Shown in pieces: positions 1 through 8,991 of a DNA stretch of 64,000 nucleotides; the first letter of the stretch is position 1, and every line of letters starts with the position of its first letter. Location of the stretch: positions 1 through 64,000 of the forward strand of contig CBDAQI010000011.1 of NCBI GenBank assembly GCA_965198945.1. The letters are read 5' to 3'. A model generated the notes under the pieces. That model did no database searches. It was not told where the DNA came from and worked only from the letters and a program-made list of their open reading frames with translations. The DNA comes from Thermodesulfobacteriota bacterium. Its GTDB lineage: Bacteria; Desulfobacterota_D; UBA1144; Nemesobacterales; Mycalebacteriaceae. A program made the position numbers and the translations under genes.

Positions 1-227
1 TTTTTCCATAGCCGAGGCGGATTTGATGATGAGGGGACCCGGTGATTTTCTGGGCACAAAGCAGTCCGGCATGCCGGATTTTCGTTTTGCTGATCTGGTT
101 ATGGATGGCGGCGGTTTTGGCCGAGGCAAGGAAGGTGGCGGTTGAAGTTTTGAAAAAAGACCCCGGTTTGAAAGATAAAAAATATGCAAAACTGCGTGAG
201 ATGATTGAGCAAATTCCACGCAGATAG
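1..227 (+). CDS. recG: 3' end of ATP-dependent DNA helicase RecG (partial; apparent 1-nt frameshift near 104-110)
   Basis: Frame 2 reads [32 protein letters not shown] (RecG TRG motif). The typical tail [20 protein letters not shown] continues in frame 3 to TAG at 227. Confidence 0.88.
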
Positions 228-322
228 AGTGTGCGTACAAAAATTCATATACATATTTTTAGGTTTTTCCTGTTTTTGTGAAATAATGCCTGTTCCGTTT
301 TTTCCTTTTTTATATTTTTATA

Positions 323-574
323 GTCATTCCCGTGAAAGTTTGTCCCCGTGAAAACGGGGACGGGAATCCAGTATTTTATTCCAAAATACTTTGGAGAAGA
401 TCGGTCGTAACACCAAGGCAGAGTGTTCCGTTTCATCTTTTTACCGGAGTGCAGACGAAGTTGTTTTTTAATAAAGAGTTGTTTTGTTGTCGCTTCCACT
501 CTGCCGGCAGACGACATTGCCTTTGTTGAGACATGGCTTGCCCTGCTCTGGATTCCCATTTGCACGGGAATGAT
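323..574. repeat. Inverted pair of dRS3/REP-like palindromes
   Basis: GTCATTCCCGTGAAA[GTTTGTCCCCGTGAAAACGGGGA]CGGGAATCCAG at 323-371 and the reverse copy CTGGATTCCCATTTGCACGGGAATGAT at 548-574. Confidence 0.85.
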
Positions 575-824
575 GGTGTGTAAGGGGTGAAAAGAATGAC
601 CGGAAGACGGTTGCGGCAATGGTGGAAAAATAACTGAAATTCGGTCTCATAATATGCATATATCACCTCTCCCTAAACGGTTTTTCACTAATCAGCTCCG
701 CTACTTTTCATCAATAAATCCTCTGTAAACAAAGGGTTACATAGTTCTTGACAATTTTTTTGGTCGCACGAAAAAATTTTTCCTATAATGGGAGTATCAA
801 TATGTAATGAAGAGGTGGAAAACT

Positions 825-1343
825 ATGGCAAATGCAAGATGGAATTTAAGGAGCACGGGTCAGCCGGTTGAGGTCAGTCTGCCTGCTGCGGGCATCTGTT
901 GCAATGTCGGTTCATATTCTGTTTCTGAAAACAGAATGCTGCTGATTAAGGCGAATTTAAGTTATAGGCTTTTAGGAGTCAGTGGCACAAGCTCCGGAAT
1001 GACCGGAACACAAAGTTTTGCGGCTTTCGTTTCATCTGACTTTCTTAGAAAGGGAGGGACTAAATACCTTGACCCGCGAAAAACACAATTTTCTTCATCA
1101 AATCCGGACATGCAAAATTTTCAAATAAAACTGGGTGTTAAAACCGAAGGTGACAACCATCAGTTGCAGATTTTCAAGGATCAGGCGCCGGATTTTTCAG
1201 CGGAAGGTGTTTTTTATATTCCAAGCAACAGCATCAGTGTGGAAATTTCCGAGATTGATATGAAAGACCAAAAGGCTTCCATAGCGACTTCAAGAATTGC
1301 CGATGGAACTGCCACATCCGGCAAAATAGAGTCAACGCTGTAA
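825..1343 (+). pseudogene. Fibre-like family copy 1, truncated
   Basis: N-domain aligns with copies 2-4 (SENRMLLIKA, TQSFAAFVSSDFLRKGG, HQLQI). The frame breaks in the stalk: ..IADGTATSGKI, then VNAVTSTN in a shifted frame. RBS GAGGTGG precedes ATG 825. Confidence 0.7.
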
Positions 1344-1451
1344 CATCAACAAACATGGAAGAGTCTTTCAGGATTTTGGCCCGGTTCTTAATTCAACAAG
1401 TGAATTTATGAAAATTCTTTTTCCTTTCCGCTTTGCAAAAAGTGACTTGTA

Positions 1452-1730
1452 TCAAAAATGTCTGCGGACACGGGAATCTTCATCTTTTTCCGATATAAGA
1501 TAACCCTGCTGATACTGACCGCCTTTGTTGTGATAAAGACGGATTCCGGAAGGTGTTTCTATGTAGTTGCCGGATATTTTACAACCGTTCGGAATCTCAA
1601 CTTCATAGATTGAGAACGACAGCGTTTGTGATCCCAGGTTGAATTTTCTGCGTTTTTCTCCGATTTTTTCCACATTCAAAACGGCATTCTTTGCGTGTGG
1701 AAAGACCTGACCCCTGACTTCTATTTTCAT
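1452..1730 (-). CDS. Hypothetical protein (92 aa)
   Basis: Protein-like ORF with a 4-nt overlap to the upstream ORF, in the aroC transcription unit. Confidence 0.65.
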   Translation of the reverse strand: MKIEVRGQVFPHAKNAVLNVEKIGEKRRKFNLGSQTLSFSIYEVEIPNGCKISGNYIETPSGIRLYHNKGGQYQQGYLISEKDEDSRVRRHF

Positions 1731-2077
1731 CCGTTTTCCTCAACCTTTATTTTGTATAAAGACCCTACGCACATGAGAAGATGCGCAATCTTCTCGTTTC
1801 TACGGTATTTCGGTTTCCGCTCAAGAGTTTTTTCGCATGTTTCGCATCTGTCACGGGTTTCAGAGCGGAAACCGCAGTCACACTCAAAAACCGTCTCTTC
1901 ATGCCAGCACATAAGAGAGTAAACCAACTCGTTTATTCCCCAACCTACCATTACATTTCCCCATTCATCAATGGCTTCCACCAACTCTTTCCTGTAAGGT
2001 TCGGGAACTTCACTGAAATCGCCCAGATAAACACGCTCGCCCGATGAAGCGTAAACTCCGAAATTCCGTACCGTCAC
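1727..2077 (-). CDS. Hypothetical protein with CxC..CxxC zinc-ribbon-like motif
   Basis: ECDCG..RCETC; 4-nt overlap with the aroC stop. Confidence 0.7.
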   Translation of the reverse strand: MTVRNFGVYASSGERVYLGDFSEVPEPYRKELVEAIDEWGNVMVGWGINELVYSLMCWHEETVFECDCGFRSETRDRCETCEKTLERKPKYRRNEKIAHLLMCVGSLYKIKVEENG

Positions 2078-3144
2078 AGTTTTGAAATCCCGTTTATAAG
2101 CAGATGGTCCACAAGAACCAGATTGACCATTGCTTCGGCAATCGGAACGGCCCTAGGGCACAGACACGGATCGTGCCTGCCTTTTACAACCAGATTTTTG
2201 GGATTGCCTTTCTTGTCAACGGTCTTCTGTGTTTTGGATATTGATGAGGTCGGTTTTACGGCTATTCTTACCACGAGGTCTTCGCCGTTTGTTATGCCGC
2301 CGAGCAGGCCGCCCGCATTATTTGTCCGGAATCCCAGAGAGCCGTCTTTTTTCTTGAACATCAAATCGTTTACTTCGGAGCCCTGTTTCCTTGTAATATC
2401 AAAACCCATACCCACTTCAAAACCTCTTATGCCCCCTATGCTCATCAGGGCTGATGCAAGATCCGCGTCAAGTTTGTGAAACACGGGGTTTCCCAGTCCC
2501 GCGGGCAGTCCGTTTGTTACAACTTCAACAGTTCCCCCCACGGAGTCTCCCCGTCTTCTGACTGAATCTATCAGTTCAAACATTTGCTCGGATTTGCCCG
2601 GATCAGGGCAGCGCACCGGGTTTTTTTCTATATGACTGAAATTCACTTTTTCAGCCACAATCTCGCCCACGCTTCTTACAAAACCGCGTGTTTTGATTCC
2701 TTTTTTCCCAAGTATTTTCTTTGCGACTGCGCCCGCGGCGACCCGGCCGACCGTTTCCCGCGCCGAAGCCCTGCCTCCGCCCCTGTAGTCTCTGAAAGCG
2801 TATTTTTCATCATATGTGAAATCCGCGTGTCCGGGGCGGTATGTGTCTTTTATTTTTTCATATGATGATGAAATAACATCATTATTTCTGACAAGCATGG
2901 ATATGGGAGAGCCGAGAGTTTTTCCTTTGAAAACACCGGAAAGAATCTCAACCCTGTCCGCCTCCCTGCGCTGGGTTGTAACCTTGCTCTGCCCGGGGCG
3001 GCGGCGGTCAAGTTCGGACTGAATATCTGTTTCTGACAGCCTGAGCCCCGCAGGACAGCCGTCCAACACAACCCCGACCGCATCTCCGTGGGATTCTCCC
3101 CATGTTGTGATTCTGAAAAATGTTCCGAATGTATTGCCGGGCAT
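2074..3144 (-). CDS. aroC: Chorismate synthase
   Basis: GESHG, RPGHAD, GGGRASARET, KPTSSI and GRHDPC motifs. Confidence 0.98.
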   Translation of the reverse strand: MPGNTFGTFFRITTWGESHGDAVGVVLDGCPAGLRLSETDIQSELDRRRPGQSKVTTQRREADRVEILSGVFKGKTLGSPISMLVRNNDVISSSYEKIKDTYRPGHADFTYDEKYAFRDYRGGGRASARETVGRVAAGAVAKKILGKKGIKTRGFVRSVGEIVAEKVNFSHIEKNPVRCPDPGKSEQMFELIDSVRRRGDSVGGTVEVVTNGLPAGLGNPVFHKLDADLASALMSIGGIRGFEVGMGFDITRKQGSEVNDLMFKKKDGSLGFRTNNAGGLLGGITNGEDLVVRIAVKPTSSISKTQKTVDKKGNPKNLVVKGRHDPCLCPRAVPIAEAMVNLVLVDHLLINGISKL

Positions 3145-3181
3145 TTGAATATAATACCTGTTACTAAATTCCGTTTTAGTC

Positions 3182-4171
3182 TTAAATCAGCCCCTCGGAC
3201 TTAAACCACTCAACAGTTTTTCTCATGCTTTCCTCTATAGAGCCGCATTTGTATCCGAGCTCTCTCTCCGCTTTTGAGCAGTCCGCATACCAGTTATAGC
3301 GTGAGAGTTTGACCGAGTCCAAATCCATTGTTGAGTAGTTCGGGAACGCAAAGCCCAAAACTCTCTCCGCCGCAAATGCCGAAATATATGCGACCGTATA
3401 AGGGATTTTAAGTTTTGGCGCGGGGATTTCAGTTATATCTTCAAGCAGACGGAAATATTCAAGCACCGTCAGGTTTTTGTTGCTCAGAATGTATTTTTTT
3501 CCGGTCTTGCCTTTTTCAGCCGCGAGCAAGTGACCCTCCGCCACATCTTCAACATCGGTAAGGTTCAAGGTTCCGTCCATATATCCGGGAAAACGCCTCT
3601 TGCAATACCATAAAACCGAGCCCACGCTGGACAGATATCTGTCTCCTGCGCCTATGACGACCGAAGGGTTGGTAATCACCACATCAAGCCCCTTTTTACA
3701 AAAATCAAGAGCGGCGGCCTCAGCGGCGCGTTTTACGTTCATATACCCTATGTCCGCTCCGTGAAAAGACGGGTCGGGAACCGTTTTTTCGGTTATCAAT
3801 TTTCCGGTGTCAGCAGGCCCGATAGCCGCAACGCTGCTTGTAAAAACAACCCTGTCGACACCCGACTCCAGCGCGGCGGAAAGAACATTTTTTGCTCCCC
3901 CGACATTTATTTCAACCATTTTTTCATAGTCTCTTTTTTTGAAAGAAACAAACCCCGCGCAGTGATAAAGGGTTTCGCACCCCTCAAGCGCCTTCAGCAC
4001 CGAACCCCTGTCGGTTATGTCTCCGCTCACTTTTGTGAGTCCGAGCCCTTCTATGTTTTCACCTTTGCTTGTCGGGCGCACAAGAACGCGGACATCCTCC
4101 CCTTTCTCTTTGAGTTTGCGCGCGACATGAGAGCCGATGAACCCCGTTGCCCCAGTAATTAAAACAGCCAT
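3182..4171 (-). CDS. NAD-dependent epimerase/dehydratase (HpnA/dihydroflavonol-reductase-like SDR)
   Basis: GATGFIGS Rossmann motif, TSS, YxxxK (YMNVK). Confidence 0.88.
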   Translation of the reverse strand: MAVLITGATGFIGSHVARKLKEKGEDVRVLVRPTSKGENIEGLGLTKVSGDITDRGSVLKALEGCETLYHCAGFVSFKKRDYEKMVEINVGGAKNVLSAALESGVDRVVFTSSVAAIGPADTGKLITEKTVPDPSFHGADIGYMNVKRAAEAAALDFCKKGLDVVITNPSVVIGAGDRYLSSVGSVLWYCKRRFPGYMDGTLNLTDVEDVAEGHLLAAEKGKTGKKYILSNKNLTVLEYFRLLEDITEIPAPKLKIPYTVAYISAFAAERVLGFAFPNYSTMDLDSVKLSRYNWYADCSKAERELGYKCGSIEESMRKTVEWFKSEGLI

Positions 4172-4316
4172 GCCAATGCCTCCGGATTGAAAATTCTAAT
4201 TTAGAAGTTAGAAGTTTGAGCTGTAATTGTCAACGGCTGTTTGTTTTATGCGCATCTGATTGCGCGTCTTGCCTGTGTTTGCCGCCTCGTATATTCTGGA
4301 GCAGTCCGGAAGTTTT

Positions 4317-5015
4317 ATGTCTTCAGCATTTGCAATCCAGATGGAAAAGGTCGGCAAGAGTTATGAGGGCCGCCATGTTCTGAGAGGTCTGGACTTTAGT
4401 GTTGAGAGGGGTAAAACTGTTTTCATTTTTGGAGAGAACGGCTCCGGGAAGACCTCCCTTTTGAAAATCGTCTGCGCTCTCACAAAACCCACCTCCGGCA
4501 AAGCAAGTATTTGCGGCTTTGACACGGCTTGCGCCGCCTCGCGGGTGCGGGAAAAAGTCGGTTTTGTTTCTCATGAAGACTGTCTTTATGAAGATTTGAG
4601 CGTTTTTGATAACTTATGTTTTTTCTGCAGACTGCAGGGGGTTGAAAAACCTGCGGACAGAGCCGGGGAGTTGATTGAGAGTTTTGAGATACCTTCCTCC
4701 CGCATTCCCGCCGGGCTACTCTCGGCGGGAATGAAAAAAAGGGCTTCAATAGCGCGCGCGGTTTCACACAATCCGGAGGTTCTTGTTATGGACGAGCCGT
4801 TTTCCAGCCTTGACGGCAGGGGCAGGGCGATTCTTTCGGAGTTCGTTGAAAATCTGAAAACTGCCGGAAAAACGGCTCTTATTTCAACGCATCTGATTAC
4901 GGAAGGGATTGAACTGTCTGATTTGGCGGCTTTGCTCAAAAACGGACATATATCTTTTTGTGAAAAGGCAAGCGGGGCGCTTGGAGAGCGTATTGTCGCG
5001 GAAATGAGCGTTTAG
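4317..5015 (+). CDS. ccmA: Heme export ABC transporter ATPase CcmA
   Basis: GENGSGKT, LSAGMKKR, DEPF; upstream of ccmB and ccmC. Confidence 0.9.
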   Translation: MSSAFAIQMEKVGKSYEGRHVLRGLDFSVERGKTVFIFGENGSGKTSLLKIVCALTKPTSGKASICGFDTACAASRVREKVGFVSHEDCLYEDLSVFDNLCFFCRLQGVEKPADRAGELIESFEIPSSRIPAGLLSAGMKKRASIARAVSHNPEVLVMDEPFSSLDGRGRAILSEFVENLKTAGKTALISTHLITEGIELSDLAALLKNGHISFCEKASGALGERIVAEMSV

Positions 5016-5037
5016 GGGAGACCGCCGGGAGTTTTTT

Positions 5038-5712
5038 GTGAGACAGATTTTAACTATTTTTCTCAAAGACGTTTCAATTGAGATGTCGGGCGGCGGGATT
5101 TTCCCCGCCGTTGCGGTTTTCGCCGTTACCCTGGCTTCCGTTCTGCATTTTACAAATATTTTCCCGTCTTCAGCCGCGGTTATTTCAGCCGCCCCGGCGG
5201 TTTTCTGGATTTGCATTCTGTTTGCCGCCACCATAGCGTTTGAGCGCTCTTTTGAGGTTGAAAGAAAATCCGAGGCCTTACGCTCAATTCTTATGTCGCC
5301 GGTTGACAGGGGAGCGGTCTTTATCGGAAAGATGCTTGCCAACATGCTTCTTCTTTCAGCGATTGAGGCAGTTTTTATTCCGTTTTTTATTCTTTTTTTC
5401 AAAATTGAACTGTGGCGTGTTGTTGTTCCCTTTCTGTCTGTTGTGGTGGCGGCAACGGCGGGAGTTTCCGCCGTGGGAACCCTGTTGTCAGCGCTTTCCG
5501 CACAAACAAAAACCAAGGGGGTGATTTTTCCGGTTTTGCTTTTCCCGCTTTTGATTCCGGTTTTAATAAGCGCGTCTCAGGGGCTTTCGGTCATTTTCGG
5601 CGGCGCTCCCGAACACGACTTCTTCCGTTATTTGAAAATTCTTGTCAGTTTTGATCTGACCTTTATTGCCGCGGGGACACTTGTTTACGGGTATATCATT
5701 GAAGAGATTTAG
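5038..5712 (+). CDS. ccmB: Heme exporter permease CcmB
   Basis: Multi-TM protein with ERSF..E and IFPVLLFPLLIPVLI; context. Confidence 0.9.
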   Translation: MRQILTIFLKDVSIEMSGGGIFPAVAVFAVTLASVLHFTNIFPSSAAVISAAPAVFWICILFAATIAFERSFEVERKSEALRSILMSPVDRGAVFIGKMLANMLLLSAIEAVFIPFFILFFKIELWRVVVPFLSVVVAATAGVSAVGTLLSALSAQTKTKGVIFPVLLFPLLIPVLISASQGLSVIFGGAPEHDFFRYLKILVSFDLTFIAAGTLVYGYIIEEI

Positions 5713-5724
5713 GAGGAACGGGAT

Positions 5725-6399
5725 TTGAGTGTTTCAAAAAAAACAGTTTTTGTTTCCGCTTTGCTGACAATGGTTGCGGCGGTGTGGATGTCAGTTTTCT
5801 ATGCTCCGACCGAGGTTATAATGGGGCACGCGCAGAGAATCTTTTATTTTCATATGGGCGCGGTGGCGGCCATGACGATTGCTTTTATTATAGTTTTTAT
5901 TTCAAGCATAGCTTTTCTGCGAACAAGAAGTTTGGAATGGGATATTCGCGCCGCCTCATCGGCTGAAGTCGGGGTTGTTTTCACGCTTATAACAATCCTC
6001 ACCGGAGCCATCTGGGCAAAACCGTCATGGGGAACCTGGTGGGTGTGGTGGGATGCTCAGCTGCAAGCCACTTTTGTGCTGTTTCTTCTGTATTCGGGCT
6101 ACATTATTCTCAGAAGAGCGTTGCCGCAAAATGAGAAAAGCTCTGTAATTGCGGCGGTTTTCGCTTGCCTTGCCTTTATTGATCTGCCCTGGGTTTATGT
6201 GTCTGCTCGTGTGGTGAAAAGGGATATTTCTCCGGTGGTTTTCGGTCCCGGAGGTTCCGGAATAGCTCCTGAAATGATGCACACGCTGCTTGTTAACATC
6301 GCCGCTTTCACACTGCTTTTTATACTGATTTTACGGGAACGTGAAAGAATTGAAATTTTGAGAAGACGGGTGTCAAACCTGCGGGGGCGTGAAATTTAA
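5725..6399 (+). CDS. ccmC: Heme exporter CcmC
   Basis: QRIFYFH and the WWD motif WAKPSWGTWWVWWD. Confidence 0.92.
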   Translation: MSVSKKTVFVSALLTMVAAVWMSVFYAPTEVIMGHAQRIFYFHMGAVAAMTIAFIIVFISSIAFLRTRSLEWDIRAASSAEVGVVFTLITILTGAIWAKPSWGTWWVWWDAQLQATFVLFLLYSGYIILRRALPQNEKSSVIAAVFACLAFIDLPWVYVSARVVKRDISPVVFGPGGSGIAPEMMHTLLVNIAAFTLLFILILRERERIEILRRRVSNLRGREI

Positions 6400-6413
6400 G
6401 CGCGCACTTTGAG

Positions 6414-7259
6414 CTAACCGGTTTTCTTTAATTCCCCGGCGCTGACGCTTTCGTATTCGCTTACTATTCTGCTTACGGTTGAATAGTGGATCCCGAAATA
6501 ATCCGAAATTTCCTTAATTGAGAAAAATCCGGAGCAATAGGCCGTGAAAATGGCTTGTTTTCTGTCTGTTATTCCGGTGACAAAGCCCTCAATGCTTCTG
6601 ATCCCCGCCCTCTGTTTTATCGGTATCTCTCTGGAATGAGAATGACCGGACGCAAATCTTGAGACATGTTCAATAAAATCGTCGTCTCCGAGATAGATTT
6701 GGCGTTTGACATCTTTGAGAATGTCGCTCTGCTGCGGTTCGGATATAAAATTTTCAAACTCCGAAGCGCTTCCGAAAATTTCCGCAATTCTGTCAGGGTC
6801 TATAAAAGACAAGTTTTCTTTGCCGCACGACGCCCGGCAGCTGCTCCATTTCCACTGCATCGGAGAGTTTATAAGGCCCTTTCTTACCGGATTTGTAACA
6901 GTGTGCCTGATAAGGGTTTTCAGATATTTTTCTTTCTGAAAAATTACCGAATTAAACCTTCCCGTGAAAAGGTGTCCCGAACGGTTGTTTTTTCTGTTGA
7001 AAGACTGCGTATAAACACCGTTCAGCTGCCTCATTCCGGCCGAGAGGTTTGCTCCCGGAGTTTCAATGACTATGTGGTAATGGTTGTCCATCAGGCAGTA
7101 GGCATGGCAAATCCATCCAAACCTGGCACAGACCGACTCAAAGGTGCGCATCCACAGCCTGCCGTCATCCGAACTGAGAAATACGCGCTGCGAGGCGTTA
7201 CCTTTTGAAGTTACAAAATAACAGGCGTTTTCAAACTCTATTCTCAGCGGGCGTGACAT
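6414..7259 (-). mobile_element. REP-associated tyrosine transposase (Y1/HUH, RAYT-type) with C-terminal HTH; catalytic Tyr appears replaced by His
   Basis: MSRPLR, AYCLMDNHYH, GHLF.GRF, NPVRKG, W.WSS and C-terminal IKEISDYFGIHYSTVSRIV. Confidence 0.88.
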
Positions 7260-7318
7260 TTTGAAAGCGATTATAAAGTTTTTAATTCCGAAAGGTCAAG
7301 ACCTGACCCGTCTAAATT

Positions 7319-7678
7319 TTACTTTGATGGTTTTTTTTGAGTCGCCGGCCGGTTTTTCTCCCGGTTTTTGCGGGCTTCGGCAATAACGGATTGAATTTCT
7401 ATTACCGTCATGTTCATCTTATACCAGCCCGGTTCGTAGCTTCCCTCATTATTCTCTTCTATTTCTTTTTCCGGGATTCTCATGAGAACATGGATGTAGC
7501 CGCTTGAGTCAACAAGCGGGTCTCCCGTAATCAGGTTCGGAAACTCATCAAGCCCGCACTCTCTCTGCCAGGGCCTGATGTCAAAAAGATGCAGGCAGTC
7601 TTTGAGCGGAATTTGAAACATCAGCTTGTCTTCTGACACCTCTTTGTCTTCAACCGAAAAATAAAAAATATCAGCCAT
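7319..7678 (-). CDS. Hypothetical protein (119 aa)
   Basis: RBS AGGAG upstream; protein-like composition. Confidence 0.7.
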   Translation of the reverse strand: MADIFYFSVEDKEVSEDKLMFQIPLKDCLHLFDIRPWQRECGLDEFPNLITGDPLVDSSGYIHVLMRIPEKEIEENNEGSYEPGWYKMNMTVIEIQSVIAEARKNREKNRPATQKKPSK

Positions 7679-7702
7679 TTCAAAACTCCTTTTACAGCGA
7701 AA

Positions 7703-8983
7703 TTACCCGTGCGGCGCTTTACTTCCTATGTCTTTTCTATACACAAGCACACCGCGTCCGGTTTTTTCTTCAATCGCCCCAACGGCCCGGTAAGCTTCCC
7801 TTGCGGCTTCCCTTATTGTATCGCCAAGGGCCGTAATCCCCAAAACCCTTCCTCCGGCGGTCATAAATCCGCCATTGTTTTTTGCCGTTCCCGAATGGAA
7901 TACATTAAGGCGCGAGGTTTCGTCCGGAACCGCTTTCAATTCCGCGCCTTTTTGATAAGTCCCCGGATATCCGCTTGAAGCCATTATAACGCACACCGCA
8001 GCTCCGTCTTTCCAGAGCGGGGGTCTTTGTTTTTCAAGAGTTCCGTCCGCCGCCGCCGCAAGAATGGGAACAATGTCCGATTCCATTCTCATCATCAGCG
8101 GCTGGGTTTCGGGGTCTCCGAAACGGCAGTTGAATTCAAGCACTTTAATATCTTCCTGTTCCATGATAAGCCCGGCGTATAAGACTCCCTTATAGGGCAT
8201 GCCTTCTTCTCTCATACCTTTCACAACCGGCTCCATAATTTCGTTCATTATTCTTTTGCAGACTCCGGGCGTCGCTATCGGCGCCGGAGAGTAGGCTCCC
8301 ATGCCACCGGTGTTCGGTCCCTTGTCACCGTCAAGAAGCCGTTTATGATCCTGAGACGGTTCAAGCGGCATAACCGTCCGCCCGTCCGACACGGCAAAAA
8401 ATGACAGTTCCTCACCGCAAAGAAATTTCTCCATCACAATACGGCTGCCGGACTCCCCGAACACTTTGTCACGCATGATTGAGAGCAGAGCGTTTTCCGC
8501 ATCCGTCCGTTCCGGGCAAATAAAAACACCCTTGCCGGCCGCAAGCCCGTCCGCCTTTATGACAATGGGAAAGCTTGCATTTCCGAGCGCTTCGGTCGCC
8601 TTTTCAACTTTTTCAAACACTTTGAAATCCGCCGTCGGTATTGAGTGTCTTTTCATGAAATGTTTTGAAAAGACCTTGCTTCCCTCAATTTGCGCCGCCG
8701 CTTTTGAGGGTCCGAAAACCCTTATGTTTTCGGCTTCCAGACTATCCGCAATGCCGAGAGAGAGGGGGACTTCCGGCCCCACAACCACGAGATCCGGGGT
8801 TTCTGAAAGAGCCAGAGACACAAGCCCCCGCGTGTCTGCAACATCAGCCGGAACACATCGCGCCCGCTTTGAAATTCCCGCGTTTCCCGGCGCACAGACA
8901 ATTTCCGAAACAAGAGGGCTGCGTGCGATTTTCCAGCAAAGCGCGTCTTCTCTGCCGCCTCCGCCTATTACAAGAATTTTCAT
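7703..8983 (-). CDS. purD: Phosphoribosylamine-glycine ligase
   Basis: GGGGRE, APGNAG, KADGLAAGKGV, GPNTGGMGAY, EFNCRFGDPE. Confidence 0.98.
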   Translation of the reverse strand: MKILVIGGGGREDALCWKIARSPLVSEIVCAPGNAGISKRARCVPADVADTRGLVSLALSETPDLVVVGPEVPLSLGIADSLEAENIRVFGPSKAAAQIEGSKVFSKHFMKRHSIPTADFKVFEKVEKATEALGNASFPIVIKADGLAAGKGVFICPERTDAENALLSIMRDKVFGESGSRIVMEKFLCGEELSFFAVSDGRTVMPLEPSQDHKRLLDGDKGPNTGGMGAYSPAPIATPGVCKRIMNEIMEPVVKGMREEGMPYKGVLYAGLIMEQEDIKVLEFNCRFGDPETQPLMMRMESDIVPILAAAADGTLEKQRPPLWKDGAAVCVIMASSGYPGTYQKGAELKAVPDETSRLNVFHSGTAKNNGGFMTAGGRVLGITALGDTIREAAREAYRAVGAIEEKTGRGVLVYRKDIGSKAPHG

Positions 8984-8991
8984 CGTTTCCT

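Noticed and set aside
245..666. Small ORFs in repeat regions (also 24045..24469, 29612..29974, 61747..62421)
   Set aside because: Translations of the palindromic repeats (WIPV..GMT, VIP.ETGIQ) with no RBS or coding signal.
1702..1714. AAGACCTGACCCC resembling the motif upstream of the RAYT
   Set aside because: A single short match inside a CDS with no partner; it could be chance.
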